DNA of 64,000 bases from an uncultured Jatrophihabitans sp. GTDB lineage: Bacteria > Actinomycetota > Actinomycetes > Mycobacteriales > Jatrophihabitantaceae. The DNA lies in the NCBI RefSeq assembly GCF_964252635.1, contig NZ_CAXUNP010000009.1, forward strand, positions 40,548 to 104,547. Reading direction: 5' to 3'. Position numbers and translations under genes: made by a program. A model generated the notes under the pieces. It saw nothing but the letters and a program-made list of their open reading frames with translations. It was not told the DNA's origin and searched no databases. Positions 19,508 through 29,162 of the stretch are shown here, piece by piece (position 1 is the stretch's first letter; every line of letters starts with the position of its first letter).

Positions 19508-20725
19508 ATGCGCGAGGGGTCCCTGTCCGCCAATCTGAGCGGCACGACGTCGGCGGCCCGGCCGCAGTGGCGCGACCGCAAGCGCTACCTCTGGCTGCTC
19601 GGCACCGTCGTCCCGCTGTTCCTGTTCCTCGGCTGGGGGTTGGTGAATCTCACCGGGTCACCCGTGTTCTGGTGGATCGGGCCGATGATCATCTACGTGC
19701 TGATCCCCTCCCTGGACCTCGTCATCGGCGACGACGCGTCCAACGCCCCCGAGGAGGCCGTCGCCTGGCTCGACCAGGACCGCTACTACCGATGGGTCAC
19801 CTACCTGTTCCTCCCGTGCCAGTTCGCCGCCTGGTTCACCGGCTTCTGGCTGATGACGCGGCACGGGGGGCTGGGCGTCGTCGACCGCATCGGCATCGCG
19901 GTGACCCTGGCCATGCTCAACGGCGTCGCGATCAACACCGCGCACGAGCTGGGGCACAAGAAGGAACACCTGGAGCGGTGGTTCGCGCGGATCGCGCTCG
20001 CCCCGTGCGGCTACGGCCACTTCTTCATCGAGCACAACCGCGGCCACCACGTGCGGGTCGCGACGCCGGTCGACCCCGCGTCCAGCCGGCTCGGTGAGTC
20101 GTTCTGGCGGTTCTGGCCGCGCACCGTCGCCGGCAGCGTGCGCAACGGGTGGCACCTCGAGCGCACCCGGCTGCGTCGCCTCGAGAAGTCGGTCTGGTCG
20201 TTGCGCAACGACGTCCTCAGCGCCTGGGCGATGACCGTCGTGCTGTGGGCGGTCACCATCGCGCTGTTCGGCGTGGGCATCTGGCCCTACCTGCTGCTGC
20301 AGGCCTTCCTCGCGTTCAGCCTGCTCGAGGCCGTCAACTACCTCGAGCACTACGGCCTGCTCCGCGCGTCGTTGCCCAACGGCCGGTACGAGCGGGTGAC
20401 CCCGCGGCACAGCTGGAACAACAACCACCTGACCACGAACCTGTTCCTGTACCACCTGCAGCGGCACAGCGACCACCACGCGAACCCCACCCGCCGCTAC
20501 CAGTCGCTGCGTCATTTCGAGGAGTCGCCGCAGCTGCCCGCCGGCTACGCCGCGATGATCCTGCTGGCCTACGTCCCGCCGTTGTGGCGTCGCGTCATGG
20601 ACAAGCGGGTGCTCGCCCACTACGGCGGTGACGTGACGCAGGCCAACATCGCACCGCACGCGCGCGAGCGGGTCCTGGCCCGCTACGGCGCGGGCACCTC
20701 GGCCACTGCGGCCGAGGCCGCCTGA
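19508..20725 (+). CDS. alkB: Alkane 1-monooxygenase (integral-membrane di-iron hydroxylase)
   Basis: His boxes HELGHK, EHNRGHH, LQRHSDHH plus NYLEHYG. SD GAGGAGG lies upstream of ATG 19508. Confidence 0.95.
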   Translation: MREGSLSANLSGTTSAARPQWRDRKRYLWLLGTVVPLFLFLGWGLVNLTGSPVFWWIGPMIIYVLIPSLDLVIGDDASNAPEEAVAWLDQDRYYRWVTYLFLPCQFAAWFTGFWLMTRHGGLGVVDRIGIAVTLAMLNGVAINTAHELGHKKEHLERWFARIALAPCGYGHFFIEHNRGHHVRVATPVDPASSRLGESFWRFWPRTVAGSVRNGWHLERTRLRRLEKSVWSLRNDVLSAWAMTVVLWAVTIALFGVGIWPYLLLQAFLAFSLLEAVNYLEHYGLLRASLPNGRYERVTPRHSWNNNHLTTNLFLYHLQRHSDHHANPTRRYQSLRHFEESPQLPAGYAAMILLAYVPPLWRRVMDKRVLAHYGGDVTQANIAPHARERVLARYGAGTSATAAEAA

Positions 20726-20761
20726 CCGGTTGTCACAGCGAGCGACTGTCACACTGGGTCC

Positions 20762-20950
20762 ATGGCCAGGTTCCGCTGCGAGGTGTGCGACTACACCTAC
20801 GACGAGGCGGTCGGCGAGCCGCGTGAGGGCTTCCCGGCCGGCACGCCCTGGACCGACGTGCCCGACGACTGGACGTGCCCCGACTGCGGTGTGCGCGACA
20901 AGGTCGACTTCGTCGCCGTCGACGGACCCGACGAACGCGCCGACGGGTGA
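20762..20950 (+). CDS. Rubredoxin
   Basis: 62 aa with CEVCDY...WTCPDCG (two CxxC pairs) and conserved FPAGTPW..PDDW. Confidence 0.95.
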   Translation: MARFRCEVCDYTYDEAVGEPREGFPAGTPWTDVPDDWTCPDCGVRDKVDFVAVDGPDERADG

Positions 20951-21579
20951 CCCCGGGTGCACCGGTGCCCGGGCGCGGGCCGGTGGCCGGCGAGCCCGTG
21001 CGCTACGCGACCGCCGCCCGCGGCCTGCTCCGCGACACGATCGTCGACTCGGTCGATGCGCTCGCGCGGTCCCGCGGCTGGGCGGCCACCACGATGTCGG
21101 ACGTCGCCCGCACGGCCGGGGTGAGCCGGCAGACGCTGTACAACGAATTCGGGTCGCGCCACGCCCTCGTCGAGGCCTACGTCGCGCGCGAGATCGAGCG
21201 GCTGGTCGCGGCGGCGTCCGAGGCGGTGCGTCACCACGCCGACGACGCGAAGACCGCGCTGCGCGAGGCCTTCGCCCTGTTCCTGCGCCTCGCGTCCGAC
21301 GAGCCGGTCGTGAAGATCATCGTTGCGGACACCTCGACCGAGGGCGAACTGCTACAACTGCTCACCGGGGTGGGCCAGGCGGTGGCCGGCGGCCGGATCG
21401 CGACGCTGATCCAGGAGGTGTGGCCGCAGGTCGGTCCGGCCGACGCGCAGGTGGTCGCCGAGACCCTGGTACGTCTGGCGATCAGCCACGCGCTGCTGCC
21501 CGTCGCGGACCCCGACGTCGTCGCCGGCGACGTCAGCCGGCTGCTGGCCCCGTTCGTCGACTCCGTCCTCGGCCCCTGA
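20947..21579 (+). CDS. TetR family transcriptional regulator (alkB-cluster regulator, AlkU-like position)
   Basis: HTH TTMSDVARTAGVSRQTLYNEFGSRHAL. GTG 20947 overlaps the rubredoxin stop; other in-frame GTGs up to 20998 are possible. Confidence 0.85.
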   Translation: MTPGAPVPGRGPVAGEPVRYATAARGLLRDTIVDSVDALARSRGWAATTMSDVARTAGVSRQTLYNEFGSRHALVEAYVAREIERLVAAASEAVRHHADDAKTALREAFALFLRLASDEPVVKIIVADTSTEGELLQLLTGVGQAVAGGRIATLIQEVWPQVGPADAQVVAETLVRLAISHALLPVADPDVVAGDVSRLLAPFVDSVLGP

Positions 21580-21585
21580 ACCCGT

Positions 21586-22284
21586 TCAGAGGGTCAGCTG
21601 CAGGATCGCGGTCCCGTCGGGCAGGGTGATCTGCACCCTGGCGATGCGTTCACGGCGCACCGCGGTGCCGCCGGTGAAGTAGGTGGTCCCGTCGGGCACC
21701 AGCGACCACGTGCCGACGTCGTGGCTGCGGTGGTCACGGTCGATGACCCGCAGGCCGTAGTCGCCGCGCAGCGACGCGGCGTAGCGGGCGTAGGTGCACC
21801 GGACGTCGATCTCGGTGCCCCAGGGCTTGGCCACGAGGCGGGCGGTCGCGTGCACCGGGGTGGTGCGGACGGCGGCCAGCGCCTGCGGCGCGGGCCGCGA
21901 CGGCGTGGACGACGGCCAGAGCACGACGACCAGCGTGACCAGGCACGCGGCCGCGACGGCGGCGATGCCGGTGACCGCCCAGCGCCGCCGCCGACGCTCA
22001 CGTCCGGCGCGGCGCAGCAGTCCGGGCAGCAGCGTGTCGGGAACGGGTCCGGCACGGTCCCGGTCGTCGGCACGCCGGTCATCGGCGGCTTCGTCGTGGC
22101 CCACCCCGGCCGTCACGCCTGCGGCCCTGGCCGCGGCGAGCACCCGGACGGTAGGTCGGAGCTCGTCCACGCGGGCGCGGCACGCGGCGCAGGTGCGAAG
22201 GTGCGCCTCGAACGCGGCGAGGTCGTCGGAGTCCAGCGCGCCGAGGACGTACGCGGCGTCGAGGTGGGAAAACGCGTCGCTCAT
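21586..22284 (-). CDS. Anti-sigma factor (zf-HC2 type, single-pass membrane)
   Basis: N-terminal HLRTCAACR (HxxxCxxC), central TM helix (WAVTGIAAVAAACLVTLVVVLW). ATG 22284 overlaps the sigma-factor stop (ATGA). Confidence 0.75.
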   Translation of the reverse strand: MSDAFSHLDAAYVLGALDSDDLAAFEAHLRTCAACRARVDELRPTVRVLAAARAAGVTAGVGHDEAADDRRADDRDRAGPVPDTLLPGLLRRAGRERRRRRWAVTGIAAVAAACLVTLVVVLWPSSTPSRPAPQALAAVRTTPVHATARLVAKPWGTEIDVRCTYARYAASLRGDYGLRVIDRDHRSHDVGTWSLVPDGTTYFTGGTAVRRERIARVQITLPDGTAILQLTL

Positions 22285-22835
22285 GCCGTCACCCCCAGCT
22301 CGTCGAGGGCCAACCGCAGGGCACGCAACGCGTAGTGGGTGCGCGACTTCACCGTGCCGGGCGGGATGCCGAGGGCCTGCGACGCCTCCTGCACCGACGA
22401 CCCGCGGAAGTAGCACTCGTGCAGCACGGCCCGGTGTTCCAGGGACAGCGCCCCCATGGCCTGCACGACGAGCTGGTGGTCGACCGCGTGGTCGGTGGGG
22501 TCGGGCACGGGCTGCTCGGGCACCTCGTCGGTGACGCGTTCGCGGCGGGAACGGGCGGTGCGCCAGTCGTCGATGACCAGCCGCTTGGCCACCGTGAACA
22601 ACCAGCCGCGTGCCGAACCGTTGGCCTGGGCCAGGATGTGCGGGTTGCGCCAGGCCCGCAGCATCGTCTCCTGCACGACGTCCTGCGCCCGCGCGCGGTC
22701 GCCGTTGGTCAGCCCGACCGCGTACGCCCACAGCGCCGACCCGTGCTCGGTGTGCAGCTCGCGCAGCAGCTCGGCGTCGTCGGTGCGCACGGCTCCCTCG
22801 CGGTGTCTGTCGGCCAGGCGGTCGAGCGTCCTCAC
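22281..22835 (-). CDS. ECF (group 4) RNA polymerase sigma factor
   Basis: Region 2 (DRARAQDVVQETMLRAWRN) and region 4 HTH (SVQEASQALGIPPGTVKSRTHYALRAL). GTG 22835 was chosen because longer starts would overlap the divergent Rieske gene. Confidence 0.85.
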   Translation of the reverse strand: MRTLDRLADRHREGAVRTDDAELLRELHTEHGSALWAYAVGLTNGDRARAQDVVQETMLRAWRNPHILAQANGSARGWLFTVAKRLVIDDWRTARSRRERVTDEVPEQPVPDPTDHAVDHQLVVQAMGALSLEHRAVLHECYFRGSSVQEASQALGIPPGTVKSRTHYALRALRLALDELGVTA

Positions 22836-22841
22836 AACCGG

Positions 22842-22869
22842 ACTACGGCGCACGGGCCGATCCGGTTCA
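22842..22869 (-). promoter_or_regulatory. Candidate ECF-type promoter TGAACC-N16-CGTAGT in front of the sigma gene (leaderless geometry)
   Basis: On the minus strand, TGAACC is at 22869-22864, the spacer is 16 nt and CGTAGT is at 22847-22842. The -10 element ends 6 nt before GTG 22835. Confidence 0.4.
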
Positions 22870-22882
22870 ACGGTGGTCCGGT

Positions 22883-22910
22883 TGAACCTAGTAGAACGCT
22901 CAACCGTGGA
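22883..22910 (+). promoter_or_regulatory. Candidate ECF-type promoter TGAACC-N16-CGTGGA in front of the Rieske gene (leaderless geometry)
   Basis: TGAACC at 22883-22888, 16-nt spacer, CGTGGA at 22905-22910. The -10 element ends 7 nt before ATG 22918. Same architecture as the divergent motif. Confidence 0.4.
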
Positions 22911-22917
22911 GAACCAC

Positions 22918-23439
22918 ATGGACATCACTTCAGCTGTGAGCAGGCGAGGAATCCTGGTGGCCGGGGCCGGTGTGGCCGGTGTCGCCGTCCTCGCGGCCTG
23001 CTCGGGGAACTCGTCGGGATCGAACGACACCGGTAGTGCGGACGGCAGCGGCACGGACGTGATCTCGCCGCCGGCCGGCGCACCGACACCGACCGCGGAC
23101 ACCTCGTCGGAGACGTCGTCGCAGGCGGGAAAGGGCCCGGCCGGGGACGCCCTGGTCTCGCTCGACGATCTCGGCGTCGGCACGTCGAGGGCCGTGAAGC
23201 TGGCCGACGGCAAGCCCGCCATCGTCACCCGGACGGGAACGGCGACGGCGGTCTGCTTCAGCGCCATCTGCACCCATCAGGGCTGCACCGTGAAGCCGAA
23301 GGGCAAGGAGTTCGACTGCCCGTGTCACGGTTCCCGGTACGACGCGACAACGGGGAAGGTGCTGGGCGGTCCGGCGCCCTCGCCGCTGCCCAAGATCACG
23401 GTGACCGTCACGGACGGCAAGGTCAGCGAAGCCGGCTGA
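22918..23439 (+). CDS. Tat-exported Rieske [2Fe-2S] domain lipoprotein
   Basis: Twin-arginine signal SRRGILVAG, lipobox LAAC, Rieske boxes CTHQGC and CPCHGS. ATG 22918. Confidence 0.85.
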   Translation: MDITSAVSRRGILVAGAGVAGVAVLAACSGNSSGSNDTGSADGSGTDVISPPAGAPTPTADTSSETSSQAGKGPAGDALVSLDDLGVGTSRAVKLADGKPAIVTRTGTATAVCFSAICTHQGCTVKPKGKEFDCPCHGSRYDATTGKVLGGPAPSPLPKITVTVTDGKVSEAG

Positions 23440-23483
23440 ACCGGCGCGGGTCGGCCCGATAAATCGGGGCGGGTCGAGCGACC

Positions 23484-24251
23484 TCAGTCGGTCGTCTCGT
23501 CGTGCGGCGGGGTGTCGGCCGGTGCCGGGTCGGCCGTCGGTTCGTCGGCGGCCGGCCGGGGCAGCAGGTCGGTCAGCGCCAGCCCCACGATGCGCCGGAA
23601 CTTGCGCTGGCCCCGGTTGCGGTCGAGCACCGCGACCTCGAGCTGGTTGGCGGGGATGGCGCGGTGCTCGCCGTCCGGGCCACCCACGGACCCGAGCGTC
23701 GTGACCGCCACCTGCAGCGCCTCGCGCAGCGGCTGCCCGGCCACGAAGTTGTTCTTGACCTCCGTGGTCAGCTGTTCAGCCTGCCCGCCCATGACCATGA
23801 ACTGCGGCTCCTCGACGATGGTGCCGTCATAGGTGAGCCGATACAGCTGGTCGCCGTCGGCGGTGTCCGCCACCTCGGCGACGCAGAGCTCGACCTCGTA
23901 GGGCTTCTGCTGCTCGGTGAAGATCGAACCCAGCGTCTGGGCGTACGCGTTGGCCAGCGCACGGGCCGTGACGTCACGGCGGTCGTAGCTGTAGCCCCGC
24001 AGGTCGGTGAGCCGGATGCCGGCCACCCGCAAGCTCTCGAACTCGTTGTAGCGACCGACCGCGGCGAAGCCGATGCGGTCGTAGATCTCGCTCACCTTGT
24101 GCAGCGCGTTGCTCGCGTTCTCGGTGACGAACAGGACGCCGTCGGCGTAGGTCGACACGACGACGCTGCGCCCGCGGGAGATGCCCTTGCGGGCGTACTC
24201 CGAGCGGTCGCGCATGATCTGCTCGGCCGAGGCGTAGAACGGCATCGACAT
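23484..24251 (-). CDS. prcA: 20S proteasome alpha subunit
   Basis: [31 protein letters not shown]... is the typical actinobacterial PrcA N-terminus. ATG 24251 is the internal Met of ORF 23484-24614. Confidence 0.95.
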   Translation of the reverse strand: MSMPFYASAEQIMRDRSEYARKGISRGRSVVVSTYADGVLFVTENASNALHKVSEIYDRIGFAAVGRYNEFESLRVAGIRLTDLRGYSYDRRDVTARALANAYAQTLGSIFTEQQKPYEVELCVAEVADTADGDQLYRLTYDGTIVEEPQFMVMGGQAEQLTTEVKNNFVAGQPLREALQVAVTTLGSVGGPDGEHRAIPANQLEVAVLDRNRGQRKFRRIVGLALTDLLPRPAADEPTADPAPADTPPHDETTD

Positions 24252-24316
24252 GGCTGCTCCTTCGGTCTCGGTCGCGCGTCGGCGCGGGTCGGGCTGGTTC
24301 GTTGGTGGCCGGCGGG

Positions 24317-25162
24317 TCAGGCGCCGGGGTGGGCCTCGCGGTCGACGAGCAGCTCGCGCACCACGTCGCCCAGGGCGTCGTCGTCGATGCGTTCGGTGCC
24401 CGACGCGGTGGCGGTCATGACGACCGGGTAGATGCCGCGGGTGACGTCCGGGCCGCCGGTGGCCGAGTCGTCGTCGGCGGCGTCGTAGAGCGCTTCGACG
24501 GCGACCCGCACGACCTCGTCGCGGGTCAGGTCCGGGCGCCAGCGCTTCTTCAACGAGCCGCGGGCGAACAGCGAGCCGGAGCCCACGGAGTGGAAGTAGC
24601 GCTCGGTGGAGCACGAGCCGGTGATGTCGTAGCTGAAGATCTTGCCGGCCGACGCCGCGTCGGCGGCGGTGACGTCGAAGCCGGCGAACAGCGGCACCAC
24701 CGACAGGCCCTGCATGGCCATGGCCAGGTTGCCGCGGATCATCGTCGCGAGCCGGTTCGCCTTGCCGTCGAGCGTGAGGTCGGTGCCCTCGATCTTCTCG
24801 TAGTGCTCCAGCTCGACCTGGTAGAGGCGGACCATCTCGAGGCCCAGGCCGGCCACGCCCGCGAAGGCGATCAGCGTGTGGTCGTCGGCCGGATAGACCT
24901 TCTCGATGTCACGCTGGGAGATGAGGTTGCCCATGGTGGCGCGGCGGTCGCCGGCCATGACGACGCCGTCGGCGTACTGCGCGGCCACGATGGTGGTGGC
25001 GTGCGGCAGGGTGACGTTGGACGGCGGGGCGGAGGGCAGCAGTTCGGGGGCCGCGCCGGCCAGGAAGTCGGTGAACGACGACGAGCCGGGCATGGTGGCG
25101 TAGCGCAAGATGCCGTGGGCACCGGTCGGTCCGCTCGGTGACCCGGATCGGTCGATGCTCAA
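24317..25162 (-). CDS. prcB: 20S proteasome beta subunit (with propeptide)
   Basis: Propeptide ..SSFTDFL..PELLP.. followed by the processing site [23 protein letters not shown]. The start is uncertain (TTG 25162 or ATG 25093). Confidence 0.9.
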   Translation of the reverse strand: MSIDRSGSPSGPTGAHGILRYATMPGSSSFTDFLAGAAPELLPSAPPSNVTLPHATTIVAAQYADGVVMAGDRRATMGNLISQRDIEKVYPADDHTLIAFAGVAGLGLEMVRLYQVELEHYEKIEGTDLTLDGKANRLATMIRGNLAMAMQGLSVVPLFAGFDVTAADAASAGKIFSYDITGSCSTERYFHSVGSGSLFARGSLKKRWRPDLTRDEVVRVAVEALYDAADDDSATGGPDVTRGIYPVVMTATASGTERIDDDALGDVVRELLVDREAHPGA

Positions 25163-25241
25163 CGTCGCTCCTCGCTGCGGCTTGCTGGGGTGTCTTCGAC
25201 CCTACCCAGGCCGCGCGCGCACGCGAGTCGGTGGGACCGGC

Positions 25242-25931
25242 TCAGGCGGGCGCCGGCTCGTCGGCCGGGCGCGCGCTCTCGAACTCGCCGAAGCTCAGGC
25301 TCATGCCGAACGGCGCGGTGTCGAGCACCGCCTGCGGGCCGCCGTCCAGGTACATCGCCGCGCGGAGCATGAGGTCGCGGCGGTCGCGGAACTGGCCCAG
25401 CGCGCCGTTGCAGTTGAAGCAGAGCAGGCCGCGGACGCGGTCGGTAGCGTGGTCGTGATCGACGTGCTGGGCCGGCGCCTCCCGACAGATGGCGCACAAC
25501 CCACCCTGCTCGGCCAACATCCGGTCCGCATCCTCAGCAGTGATCCCGTACCGACGCCGTAGGTGATAGTTACGCGCCCCGCCGTGCTTTTCCTTGTCCC
25601 GCCGAGTGATCGTGTTGTGGCACGGTTTGCAATACGTGCCAAGACCAGTTTTTGAACTTCGGTTCCGCGGAAATTCATGGACGGATTTGGTCTCGCGGCA
25701 CTCCGGACACCACTTGTTACCCTCGGCCACATCGGCAGGCCCCTGGCCATTCCGGGTTCGTGGTGGGCCGAGGCGTGCGCGACGACTAGCCACATGACGA
25801 GCACGGGCGCAGGGTGCGCAGTAGAAGGCCAATCCGTCGCGGTTACGTCGATTCAACGTGAACGCTGACACCGGCAAATCCTGACGACAATCGGGACAAA
25901 ACTTCGTCTCCCCAGGGTCGTTCAAGATCAA
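25242..25931 (-). CDS. Endonuclease VII (T4 gp49-like, HNH-related) domain protein with two N-terminal zinc-ribbon repeats
   Basis: C-terminal GGLCAICREAPAQHVDHDHATDRVRGLLCFNCNGALGQF is the Endonuclease_7 signature. Upstream is a duplicated module K[FW]CP[DE]CR..N17-20..YC.PC. The start is uncertain: TTG 25931/25925 just after the pup stop, or ATG 25979 overlapping pup. Confidence 0.8.
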   Translation of the reverse strand: MILNDPGETKFCPDCRQDLPVSAFTLNRRNRDGLAFYCAPCARARHVASRRARLGPPRTRNGQGPADVAEGNKWCPECRETKSVHEFPRNRSSKTGLGTYCKPCHNTITRRDKEKHGGARNYHLRRRYGITAEDADRMLAEQGGLCAICREAPAQHVDHDHATDRVRGLLCFNCNGALGQFRDRRDLMLRAAMYLDGGPQAVLDTAPFGMSLSFGEFESARPADEPAPA

Positions 25932-25932
25932 C

Positions 25933-26139
25933 TCATTGGCCCCCTTTCTGGACAAATGCCCTGACGAAGTCCTCTGCATTGACCTCGAGCACGTCGTCGA
26001 TCTCATCGAGGATCGCGTCCACGTCCTCGGTCAGTTTCTCGTGCCGCTCGCTGACGTCGGACGAGGTCTCGACGGTCTCCTCGACCTCGTCCTCGTGGGT
26101 GCGCTGGGGCCGGTTCTGGCCGCTGTCGTGGGTAGGCAC
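25933..26139 (-). CDS. pup: Prokaryotic ubiquitin-like protein Pup
   Basis: 68 aa, acidic, C-terminus ...AEDFVRAFVQKGGQ-stop. GTG start preceded by SD GAGGAGG. Confidence 0.95.
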   Translation of the reverse strand: MPTHDSGQNRPQRTHEDEVEETVETSSDVSERHEKLTEDVDAILDEIDDVLEVNAEDFVRAFVQKGGQ

Positions 26140-26225
26140 GGCGGCCTCCTCTCCTCGGTTGGATCAACCCTAGCTCGGACGGGTGACAATTCCGCGTCGA
26201 AGCGACGACGGACGGCGACCGGCCG

Positions 26226-27656
26226 TCAACGCGGTCCGAGGTCCTTGACGAACTCCGTCAGCTGCGCCAGGTTGCGGCACTCGGTCATCGGCAGCACGGC
26301 GTCGAAGTCGCCGGCCCGCGAGTCACCGGTGTCCCACATCGCCCGGCGCTCCGGGTTGAGCCAGTACGCGTGCTTCGCGGTGGACGCGAGCCGGGTCAGC
26401 TCGTCCAGGCCCAGCGCCCCGTAATTCGAGCGGGCGTCGCCCAGCACCAGCAGCGACGACTTGGGCCCGACCGCGTCGGGGAAGCGCTGCGTGAACAGCT
26501 GGAAGGCCCGGCCGTAATCGGTGCGCCCGAGCAGCCAGGTGACGTCGGCCTCCCGGGTCAGCCGCGTCACCGCGTCCAGCACGTCGCCGCCCGGGGTGAA
26601 GAACCGGGTCAGCTCGTCGAGCTCGTCGACGAAGCCGAACGCCCGCACCCTGCTGAACTGCTCGCGCAGCGCGTAGACGAACAGCAGCGTGAACTGCGCG
26701 AACGCGGCCACCGACTCGCTGAGGTCGCAGATGACGACCAGGTCGGTCTTGTTCGGCCGTCGCGGCTTGTGGTGCGTCTCCATCGGTACACCGCCGAACG
26801 ACAGCGAGCTCCGCACCGTCCGGCGGAAGTCGAGCTGGCCGCGACGCCCACGGTGCTGGTCCTGGGTCAGCCGGGCGGCCAACCGCCGAGCCAGCGGCTG
26901 GATCTCACGCCGCAGCGCCGCCAGGTCCTCGCGGTTGGCGTTCAGGAACGACACCCGCTCCAGGCTGGGGCGCACCGACGTCCGGGCGATCCGTTGCGGG
27001 TCCCCGTCCGCGTCCTCGGCCAGGCGTCGGCGCACGTCCGCCTCGACGCGCTGCTCGAAACGCCGGACCCGCCCGTCGATCATCGTGCGGGCGCGTCGTT
27101 CGGCGAGCCCGCCCCGGTCCCCCGGGCCGAGCACGGCGTCCAGGATGCGGGCCATGAGGGTCTGCGGCGAGACACGCTGCAGGGTGGTCAGCCGCGAGTA
27201 CGTGGTCTCGCCGCGTCGACGGCCCGGCACCTGCCCGAACGTCGCGACGGCGTCACGGGCCAGCGCGTCCAGCCGGCCGTCGTCGCCGGACTCGAGGTAG
27301 TCGGCCAGGTCCTCCCGGAACCGGTCCCGCTCCGCGTCCTCGAGCGGCCCGCGCGCCGCCGCGTCCGGATCGCGCTCGGGCGCGCGGGTGTCGCTCGGCG
27401 GCGCCGCCGACGCGCCCGTGACACCCGGCCAGAACAGGTCGAACAGGGTGTCGAACGTCGGCCGTTGCAGTTGCCGCTTGACCAACGTGGCGGCCAGCGC
27501 CCCGCGCAGCTGCTCACGGTCGAGCAGGTCGATGCGTCCGATCGCCCGGACCGCGTCCAACCCCTCGGCCACCGACACGGTCAGGCCCGCGGTCCGCAGC
27601 GCGTCGACGAAGGCGACCTGCCGGTCGAGCAGCGTGCGCGGCACGTCCTCGGTCAC
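26226..27656 (-). CDS. VWA domain protein, CoxE-like
   Basis: N-terminal FVDALRTAGLTVSVAEGLDAVRA.. and C-terminal VWA core (LVVICDLSESV, LVLGDARSN) are typical of CoxE-type partners of MoxR ATPases. Confidence 0.8.
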   Translation of the reverse strand: MTEDVPRTLLDRQVAFVDALRTAGLTVSVAEGLDAVRAIGRIDLLDREQLRGALAATLVKRQLQRPTFDTLFDLFWPGVTGASAAPPSDTRAPERDPDAAARGPLEDAERDRFREDLADYLESGDDGRLDALARDAVATFGQVPGRRRGETTYSRLTTLQRVSPQTLMARILDAVLGPGDRGGLAERRARTMIDGRVRRFEQRVEADVRRRLAEDADGDPQRIARTSVRPSLERVSFLNANREDLAALRREIQPLARRLAARLTQDQHRGRRGQLDFRRTVRSSLSFGGVPMETHHKPRRPNKTDLVVICDLSESVAAFAQFTLLFVYALREQFSRVRAFGFVDELDELTRFFTPGGDVLDAVTRLTREADVTWLLGRTDYGRAFQLFTQRFPDAVGPKSSLLVLGDARSNYGALGLDELTRLASTAKHAYWLNPERRAMWDTGDSRAGDFDAVLPMTECRNLAQLTEFVKDLGPR

Positions 27657-27662
27657 GACGGC

Positions 27663-28571
<909 letters not shown>

Positions 28572-28607
28572 CCTCCCCCGCGCCCACCCCGTCCGTACGG
28601 TGAGGGC

Positions 28608-29141
28608 GTGACGCACCGGTGGCGCAGGCGGGCACTCGCGATGCTGCTGCCCGTCGCGGTCGTGCTGGGTGGCTGCAGCGGCGGTGACCCGAAACCGGGC
28701 AGCGCGGACCGCACCTTCCTGTCCCGGATGATTCCGCACCACGAGCGCGCCATCGAGGTGGCCCGGGTGGGCATCGACCGCGCCACCGACCCGCGGGTGC
28801 GGGCCTTCGCCCGTCGCATCGTGCGGGAGCAGGCTCCCGAGCTGTCGCGCATGCAGGCCCAGGCACGGGCGACCACGGTCGACACCGTGGCGGGCGCGCG
28901 GACGGCCATGCACCGCGTCAGCGACACCGACCTCGCTGCCCTGCGCGCGGTGTCGGGCGCCTCCTTCGACCGCCGCTTCCTGATGCTGAACATCAGCAGC
29001 GAGCAGGGCGCGGCCGCGATGGCGCGCGTCGAGCTGTCGCACGGCCGGGCTCCGGACTCACGCACCGTGGCGAAGGCCATCGCCGGGGCGCCCACCAGCG
29101 AGATCCCCGAACTGCAGGCGCTGTTGAGCGCGATCAGCTAG
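28608..29141 (+). CDS. DUF305 family lipoprotein
   Basis: Signal/lipobox LGGCSG; DRTFLSRMIPHHERAIEVA and FDRRFLMLNISSEQGAAAMA are the duplicated DUF305 helix motif. GTG 28608; the rest of ORF 26370-29141 is antisense junk. Confidence 0.8.
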   Translation: MTHRWRRRALAMLLPVAVVLGGCSGGDPKPGSADRTFLSRMIPHHERAIEVARVGIDRATDPRVRAFARRIVREQAPELSRMQAQARATTVDTVAGARTAMHRVSDTDLAALRAVSGASFDRRFLMLNISSEQGAAAMARVELSHGRAPDSRTVAKAIAGAPTSEIPELQALLSAIS

Positions 29142-29162
29142 TCGGCCGGTCCTCGACGGTGG

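Noticed and set aside
23440-23484. Bidirectional terminator between the Rieske gene and prcA (CCCGAtaaaTCGGG)
   Set aside because: The stem is only 5-6 bp with a very small loop and no convincing T-tract, which is too weak to call.
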